A DNA stretch of 64,000 nt from Candidatus Multivoradales bacterium (GTDB taxonomy: Bacteria; Acidobacteriota; Thermoanaerobaculia; Multivoradales; Multivoraceae): contig CBDCWI010000001.1 in NCBI GenBank assembly GCA_965223325.1, positions 992,001 to 1,056,000 on the forward strand. The letters are read 5' to 3'. A program made the translations under genes and the position numbers. Positions 10,801 through 19,800 of the stretch are shown here, in pieces. Within the stretch, counting starts at the first letter, position 1. Every line of letters starts with the position of its first letter. The notes under the pieces were generated by a model that saw only the letters and a list, made by a program, of their open reading frames with translations, made no database searches and was not told where the DNA came from.

Positions 10801-13800
10801 ACGCTGACGGCCTGGGAATCGACGATGTATGCGTCCGAGTCGCTGGCCAGAGCTGCGGCGGCTCGACCGGGACCGGCTCGATCGGCGACCGGGTATGGAA
10901 CGACATCAACGGAAACGGCACCGACGACTCGGAAGCCGGCCTCGCCGGTGTCCAGGTGATGCTCAAGTCCGGCACCTGCGGCGGCGTCGTCCTCGACTAC
11001 CAGGTCGTACCCGCCAGCGGCGCCTTCGACTTCACGAACCTCGCCGCCGGTACCTACTGCGTCGATGTCAACGCGTCGACCGTTCCGAGCGGCTACTACC
11101 TGACGACCAGCAACGAACCGCTGACCTACACCCTCGCCGCCGCCCAGGACTACAACGGTGCCGATTTCGGCTACCAGTACCAGGCCGGTTCGATCGGCGA
11201 CCGGGTATGGAACGACGCCAACGGCAATGGCATCGATGACTCGGAAGCGGGCATCTCAGGCGTCCAGATCTACCTGCGCGCCAACTCGTGCTCGAATGGC
11301 CCGAGCTACGGCAGGACCACCCTGGCCGATGGTTCGTACGACTTCACCAACATTCCGCCCGGCACCTGGTGCGTCGACATCATCGAGGCCTCGCTACCTG
11401 CCGGCTACACGCCCACGACGACCGAGCCGGTGCTGGTCACCCTTCCGGTCCTTGGTGACATCAACACCGCCGACTTCGGCTACTGCTCCGGTTGCGGGAG
11501 CAGCGTGCCTTCGATCGGCGACCGGATATGGAACGACGCGAACGGCAACGGCACAGACGACTCCGAGGCCGGCATCTCCGGCGTGACCGTCAACCTCCGC
11601 TCTGGAACCTGTAGCGGCTCAGTCACCGCGACCAAGGTGACGACCTCAACCGGCGCCTACGATTTCACCGGCCTGACCGCCGGCACCTACTGTGTCGACG
11701 TCGACGCGTCGACCCTGCCGGCAGGCTTCGTGCTGACTACCGGCAACGAACCGCTGACCTACACCGTCGGCGCCGCTGAGGACTTCAACGGTGCCGACTT
11801 CGGCTACCAACAGCAGAATGCCTCGATCGGCGACCGTGTCTTCGACGATGCCAACGGCAACGGAACAGACGACTCGGAAAGCGGTATCCAATCGGTCACC
11901 GTGTGGCTCAAGAGTGGCAGCTGCTCGGGCTCGACGGTCTCGACGAAGGTGACAACCGCGACCGGCGCCTACGACTTCACCGGCCTCGCCGCCGGCACCT
12001 ACTGCGTCGACATAAGCGAAGCCACCCTCCCCGCGGGTTACAGCCTGACCACCTCCAACGAACCGAAGCTGGTCACCCTCACCGCCGGTCAGGACGACAA
12101 CACCGCCGACTTCGGCTACAGCAACTCGCCACCGACCGTCGGCACGATCGGCGACCGTGTCTGGGATGACCTCAACAACAACGGCGTCGACGACGGCGAG
12201 CCCGGACTCAATGGAATCGAGTTCTTCCTCCGCTCCGGCTCTTGTACCGGCAGCGTGGTCGACTTGGTCACCAGCAACGCCTCGGGTGCCTATGACTTCA
12301 CCAACGTCTCGGCCGGCACGTACTGTGTGGACGTGCGGGGCTCCTCCATACCGTCGGGCTACTCTCTGACCACCGGCAACGAACCGTTGCTCGTCACCCT
12401 CGCCGCGGGCCAGGACTACAACAGCGCCGACTTCGGCTACCACCGTGCCGCCTCGATCGGTGATCGGGTCTACGACGACACCAACGGCAACGGCTTCGAC
12501 GACGGTGAACCCGGTCTTTCCGGGGTCAACGTGCGCCTACGCTCGGGTTCGTGCGCCGGCTCGATCATCTCGAGCCAGGCGACGTCGGGCGGTGCCTACG
12601 ATTTCACCGGGCTTTCGGCAGGCACCTACTGCGTCGACGTGCAGGAATCAACCCTGCCGCCGGGTGGCTACGCGCTGACCAGCGCCAACAACCCGATGCT
12701 AGTCACCGTCACCAACGGCCAGGACTGGAACGGTTCGGACTTCGGCTATCGCATCGGCGGGCCAGTGTTGGCACCGATCACGGCGACCTACGAGAACACC
12801 ACGGCTTCGGCTGTCGATGAGATCTCGAAAACCCTGACGCCGTGCAGTACACCTCTTAAGAGGACCTTTGTGGTGGCCGACAGCATCACGCTCTCTGATG
12901 TCAACGTCGCCCTCAACATCAGTCACCCGAGGCCCTACCAGATGTCGATCGACATCAAGGGACCAACCGGCCTCACCCGGACCATCGTGTCGGGGAATGC
13001 GTCGACCTCAGACCCCAACATCGACGCCATCATCGACAAGGCGAGCTCTCTTCCCCTCGATGATGGTGATCGTCTCGATAACGTCGGGGTCCCCTACTAC
13101 GACCGCGTTGCGACACCGTACGTGATGGGTGGCGGCCTATCGCTCGACGACTTCAACGGCACCGACTCGCAGGGCACCTGGGAGCTTCTCATCTGCGACT
13201 GGCTGCCCGGCTATCACGGCACCTTCCACCGCGCCCAGCTGCAACTCTCGGGCACCGGAGTTGGAGGCTCTTCGGTGGGCAACCGAGTATGGCTCGACGC
13301 GAACGCCAACGGCATCGACGACGGCGAGGCCGGAATCTCCGGCGTGCGGGTCGACCTGCGGCACGGCAGCTGTGCAGGCGCGATCGTCGACTCGAAGCTG
13401 ACCTCGGCCACCGGCGCCTACAACTTCACCGCCATCCGGCGCGGGCAGTACTGTGTCGATGTCGACGAGTCGACGCTACCAGTCGGTGCGGTGCTCTCCG
13501 GTGGACTCGAACCGCACCTGACTTCGGTCCTGACCGCCGGCCAGGCCTACAACCAGGCCGACTTCGGCTACCGCATCGACAACGCCTCGGTCGGTGACCG
13601 CGTCTGGAACGACGTCAACTCAAACGGCAGCGACGACTCCGAGCCCGGTCTGGCGGGAGTCAGGCTCGTGCTGCGACAGGACGACTGCAGCGGCCCCGTG
13701 CTCGCCATGCAGATCACCGATACGAGTGGTGCCTACGACTTCACCCAACTGGGCCCCGGCGACTATTGCGTCGACGTCGACGAGGCGAGCCTGCCCGCCG

Positions 13801-16800
13801 GCAGCACGCACACCGGCGGCACGGAACCCCGCTTGCTGACCCTCAACCCGGGTCAGGATCTCAATACGGTCGACGTTGGCTACAACGCCCCCGGCACCGG
13901 CACCGGCTCGATCGGCGACCTGATCTACGAAGACGTCAACACCAGCGGCACCTACGACGCCGGCGATCTACCGCTTCCGGGAATCGTCGTAGAACTTCAG
14001 AGCGCCGGCTGTACCGCCGGAGTGAACTGCCCCCGGACGACCACCGACTCTTCCGGTCAATACCTCTTCGGCAACCTCCCTGCAACGACCTTCAACGTCA
14101 AGTTGGTCAACAGTCTCTTGCCCACCGGCACGATCAAGACCACGATCGATCCGATCAATGTCGCGCTCGGCGCCGGCCAGAACTACACCACCGCCGACTT
14201 CGGACTCGACACACCGGTGATGATCCGCGGTTGCTTCTGGGAAGACAAGAACTACGACGGGATCCGCGGCCCCGGGGAAGACTATGGAATCAGCGACGGC
14301 GTCTCGTTGCGCGCTCAGCGTACCGTTTCGCCGTTGACGACCTACTCCGCTTCGGTCAACTACGCGACCGGCTGCTACGAGATCACTGGCTTCTCTGCGG
14401 CAGAGCACACCTTGTCCGCCAACCTCAAGACCGCCTACTCCTTCAGCGACATCTCACCGCTCAACAGCGCCGGAAAGAACGGCATGCGGTGGCACACCCT
14501 GGTTGACATCGGCGGCGATGAGCAGTTCGACAACGACTTCGGACCTGGCGATGGCTACTACATCCACGGCGGCGTCCACGGGCCGGTCTTCACGCACAAC
14601 GGCATTGGAACGGTCAGCAACATCGACGTCGGCTACGTCTGGAACCCGGTCCTCGGCGACAAGGTCTGGCACGATGTGGACCAGGACGGCACTCAGGATG
14701 CCTCAGAGCCCGGTGTGCCAGGTGTAACCGTCGAGGTCTGGCGGCCCGACGGGACGGTGCCGTACTACACCACGGTCACCGACCATGACGGCACCTGGGA
14801 GGCTGGCAACTTCTTCTCGCGCCGTGCGATTGGCAAGGCCTCGGAACTCACCCCGGAAGATGACCACCGCGAAGGCGACATGTTGCCCGGCGAGTGGTAC
14901 GTAAAGTACATCCTGCCCAACGGCACGGCCTATCAGTTCAGTCCCCAGGACGCCGCCGGAGACGATGCCTTAGACAGCGACGCCAATGCATCCGGCCAGA
15001 CCGACGTCTTCACGCTGCTTTCGAACAGCACGAAGGACGAGGCCTCTGACCCGGACTACGATGCCGGCGTCTACACCTCCTGCTCGTCGACCTCCGGCAA
15101 GATCAAAGGAATCGTCTTCCAGGACTACAACGGCAACGGCTTCATGGATCCACTCGAGGGCTTCTTCGCTGGCACCGTAGTCAAGGCATACGACAAGACC
15201 AACTCGGTCATCGCCTCGACGACCACAGCCAGCGACGGCACCTACGCGTTGTCGGTGCCCAACGGCAAGGCGGTGCGCATCGAGTTCAGCAGCCTCGCCA
15301 ACAACTCGAACCCCGGCCCGGTCGGGAACGGTGCAGGCGCCACGGTGCAGTTCGCCACCAGCCCGGCGTGTGGAGTCAACCTGGCAATCACCCGTTTCGA
15401 GGACTACTGTCAGCCGAACCCACGGGTGGCAAGCGCCTGCTATGTCGAGTCGGGCGGCGACCAGTCTCTGGCAGCAATCCTCGACGTGCCTTGGGACATC
15501 TCGGAGGCCGACCCACCATGGTTCCAGAGTGGTTTGCACAACTACCCGGCCGACGCCTCAGAGATCGGTTCGGTCTACGGGCTCGCCTACCATCGCTCGA
15601 GCCAGCAGCTTCTGGCCGGCGCAATGGCGAGTGCTGGCACCAACCTGCCGCCTGACGGCCTCGGCGCGATCTACTCGATCGACTACAAGACAACCCCCGA
15701 GACCATAACGTTGTTCATCGACGTCGCCGCGGCGATGCAGTCGAGGTTCGGAATCTCGAACTACTCGGGAACGATCGCCGATCCTCCGCCGGCTGACGAT
15801 CCCAAGATCGCCAAGGTCGGCCTCGGCGATATCGAGCTGAGCGACGACCAGCAGACTCTGTGGGTCATGAGCATCGCGGACTCCTATCGCGAGCTGCTCG
15901 AGCTGCCTCTCGGTGCCGGTGGAACGGCACCAGCACCGGCGGACATCGAGCGCCATCCGCTGCCGTTGAACCAGCTCGACTGCACCAACGACAACGACAT
16001 CCGGCCCTGGGGCCTGGGGATGAACCACTCCGACTCCAATGACGACCTGGTCTACGTCGGAGTGGTCTGCAGCGCTGAGAGTACTGGCGACGTCGAGAAC
16101 CTGCGCGCCTACGTTTATACCTTCAACCCAACCGGCAACACGTGGGCGCAGATCATCAACATGCCGATCGCATGGAAGCACTACGACTACAACTCCTCTT
16201 ACTGGCAGGAGTGGGAAGACTCACAAGACGACGCCGAACCGGTCATTGCCGACATCGAGTTCGACCGCGGCGACATGGTGCTCGGCATCCGGGCCCGCGG
16301 TGGCGACTCTGCGCACAACGCCTCATCACCCACTGGCGACATGATTCGCGTCTGCAAGTCGGGCGCCGTCTGGGAGGTCGAGTCCAACGGCACCTGCGGC
16401 GGACGCACAACCCTGGGGGCCAACAGCGCTCAGGGCATCGGCGGCGGCGAGTACTACTGGGCCGACGACTCAGCGAACGGGTGGGGTGAGATCTTCACCG
16501 GTGGCATGGCGACCCGTCCCGGCTTCTCTGAACTGGTGGCAGCCAACAAGGACGGCCACTACCGGTGGCACAACGGCTTCTCCTGGGTGACCAGCATGGG
16601 CAACCGCACGCGTATGTACGACATCTTCGAGGGCCACGGCAACCAATACGGTAAGACCAACGGTCTCGGCGACGTCGAAGTCCTGTGTGACGCTCCACCG
16701 ATCGAAATCGGCAACCGGGTCTGGGCCGACATCGACGAGAACGGAATTCAGGACCCAGGTGAGTCTCCGCTCGCCGGCGTCGCCCTCGAGCTGGTCGACG

Positions 16801-19800
16801 CCAGCTGTTCAACGGTCGCGTCGGCGGTCACCAATAGCGAAGGTGAGTTCTACTTCATCGGCTCGAACGATCCTCGTGCGGCGGCGGCGATGGGCGACAC
16901 TTCTGTCGGCCAGGTGCCGGGCAGTATCGCCTTCAACGCGACCTACTACGTCAAGGTCCTCGACAGCAACTTCCAAGCGGGCAACGCCCTCGACGGCTAC
17001 GAAGCGACCGCGGCAAACCAGAGCAGCGACCTCCATGACTCCGACGCCAGCACCGTGAGCTGTGGTACCCGCAGCACCGGTCTCGCACAGCGCGCCGCCT
17101 TATCCTTCGTTGGCGCCGTCGTGGTCACCGGAGGTGCGGGCGCCAACAACCACGCGCTCGATCTCGGCTTCGGCGACAACCCCGTCGTTGGCCGCATCGG
17201 AGACCGCGTCTGGTTCGACGTCAATCGTGACGGCGAACAGCAGGGCGGCGAAGAAGGCATCGCCGGCGTCGATGTGCGCCTCTACGTCGACGATGGTGAC
17301 GGCGTCTTCGAGCCCGGCGGAGACGACACTCTGAGCGGTACCCGCACCACCAACGCCGAGGGTGGCTATGGCTTCTTCGGCCTCCTGGCCGGCGACTATT
17401 GGGTCGACCCGGTCGAGTCCACCCTGCCGACGGGCTTCGCAGCCACCGCCGGTACTCCCGCTCAGCTCTTCGTACCGCTGGCTTCCGGTCAAGACATCGA
17501 CACCGCCGACTTCGGCTACGCGCCCGTCACCGGCGTGGCGCTTGGTGACTTCATCTGGCACGACACCGACGGTGACGGTCTACAGGATCCGGGCGAAGCC
17601 GGCATCGGCGGGGTCACGGTGACCGTCACCGGGCCCGGAAGCTACAGCCAGGCAACCACCACGGCGGCCAACGGCTCCTACCTGGTGAGCGGGATCACAA
17701 CGGCCGGTGACTATACGGCAACGGTCAGCACCGGCACTCTGCCGGCAGGTCTGACCACCACGCCGACCAACTTCCCAACCGCAGCACACGTGTTCACAGT
17801 CGACCTGGCGGCCGACGTCTTGATTGCCGACTACGGTTTCACTGGCGGTACCACCGGCACCATCGGTGACTTCGTCTGGCACGATGTCGACGGCGACGGT
17901 GTCCAGGACGCGGGCGAGCCCGGCATCCAGGGTGTGACGGTCGATCTGACCGACAACTCCGGTGAAGTCCTGGCGACGATGACGACCGACGCCTCCGGCG
18001 CCTACGACTTCACTGGGCTGTTCGCTGGCAACTTCCGCGTCGAGGTCACCGACCTCGGTGGCATCACGACTGGCCTCACCTTGACGACGCCACCGAACCC
18101 GACGAACACGATTGCCCTAGCCGCCGGCCAGGACTACAACAACGCTGACTTCGGCTATGCGTCGGCGAGCCTCGGCACGATCGGAAACTTCGTCTGGCAC
18201 GACACAGACGGTGACGGTGTCTTCGACGACGGCGAGCATGGGCTCGAGAGGGTTGTGCTCGGCCTGTGGAAGGACGAGGACTCAAACGGCGTCTTCAACG
18301 CGGCGCTCGACTCGCTGCAACAGTCTCAGCTGACGGACCGCTTCGGCGGTTACCTGTTCAAGAACGTCAACTGGGGTTCCTACTTCGTCATCGTTCACGA
18401 CGACGAGCAGGTGACCGACGCGCTGTCGATGACCTCGGGCACTGCCGGCCAGGACAACAACTCCCAATCGTCACCGTACCCGGTGACCATCACTGCTTCG
18501 CGCGCACCCGCGGTCTTGACCGCCGACTTCGGCTTCACGGCGCCTGGTGCAGCGTTCCAACTCAGTGGCACGGTGTGGTTCGACAACGACGGCGACGGCA
18601 CACGCGAACCGCCTGATGAGTCGGGTGTTGGCGGCGCGACCGTCGAGCTCTACCGCGACATGAATGGGGACGGGGTCCTCGACGAAACCGACCCGCTCTT
18701 CGGAGTGGTGACCAGCCAGACGACCTCGCCTGGGCTTGGCTACTACGAGTTCACCGATCTGCCCAACGGCACCGACTGGATCGTGGTTGTCGACACTTCG
18801 GGTTCGTACCTCGACGGTGCTATCCAGACGACCCAGACGGCCACCGGTGGCCTCGAACCAGTCGCCATTGCTGGCGCCAACTCTCCCAACCACGATTTCG
18901 GCTTCACGCGGCCGTCCACCGACGCTCTGGTCAGCGACTTCGATGTGACTCTCGGCCCGGCCGGAGTGCAGGTCGAGTTCGCCACCGCAAGCGAAGTCGG
19001 CACGGTCGGCTTCTGGGTCTTCCGCGAATACGGCTCGGAGTGGACAAGGGTCAACGACGACCTCGTGCTGGCGGTGCCGGGAGCCGGTCAGGGTGCCAAC
19101 TACCTTCTGCCCGATACGACGGCGGAGCCAGGTGTCGCCTACGACTACTGGCTACTCGAGGTCGAGCTCAGTGGCGCCGAGCAGTGGCACGGTCCCTTTA
19201 CCGTCGCCGCTGTCGACGCGACGGCTCATCCGGTGAGCGCTCTCGAGTTTGCACCACGCGGCAACGAGTACCATCAGCGGCGCATGGAAGATGCGGGGCT
19301 GGTTCATCTCCGGTCGGCTGATTTCAGCCGCGAGCGCGATCGTACGGTCCGCGCCGGCGAGCCAGGCTACCGAGCGCGTCTCGAGGTCGATCGCGAAGGC
19401 GTCTACCGAGTGACCGCCGCCGATATCGCCCTGGTTACCGCCACCACCAGGCCTACCAAGGACCTGGTTGGATCAGGAGCGCTGCGCGTCGTCTCGAACG
19501 GCGAGGAAGTCTCCTGGTGGGCCGAAGGCGCCAATGCGATCCGCTTCTACGCACCCGAACCGGAGCGTCAATTTGCCGAGTTCGACGTGTACTTCATTGA
19601 AATGGTCGAAGGGACTGAGGCCGGTGCGATTTCGTCGCCGACCAGCGGCCCGACGGTCGCGACCTCTCATTTCGACAGGCAGCGTTTCGAAGAGGACATC
19701 TTCTACGCCACCGCCGCGCTGCGCGACGAGACCGTAGACCTTTGGTACTGGAAGGTTCTCGCGGCGGGCAACCCCGATGTCGGCACCCAGACGTTCGACT

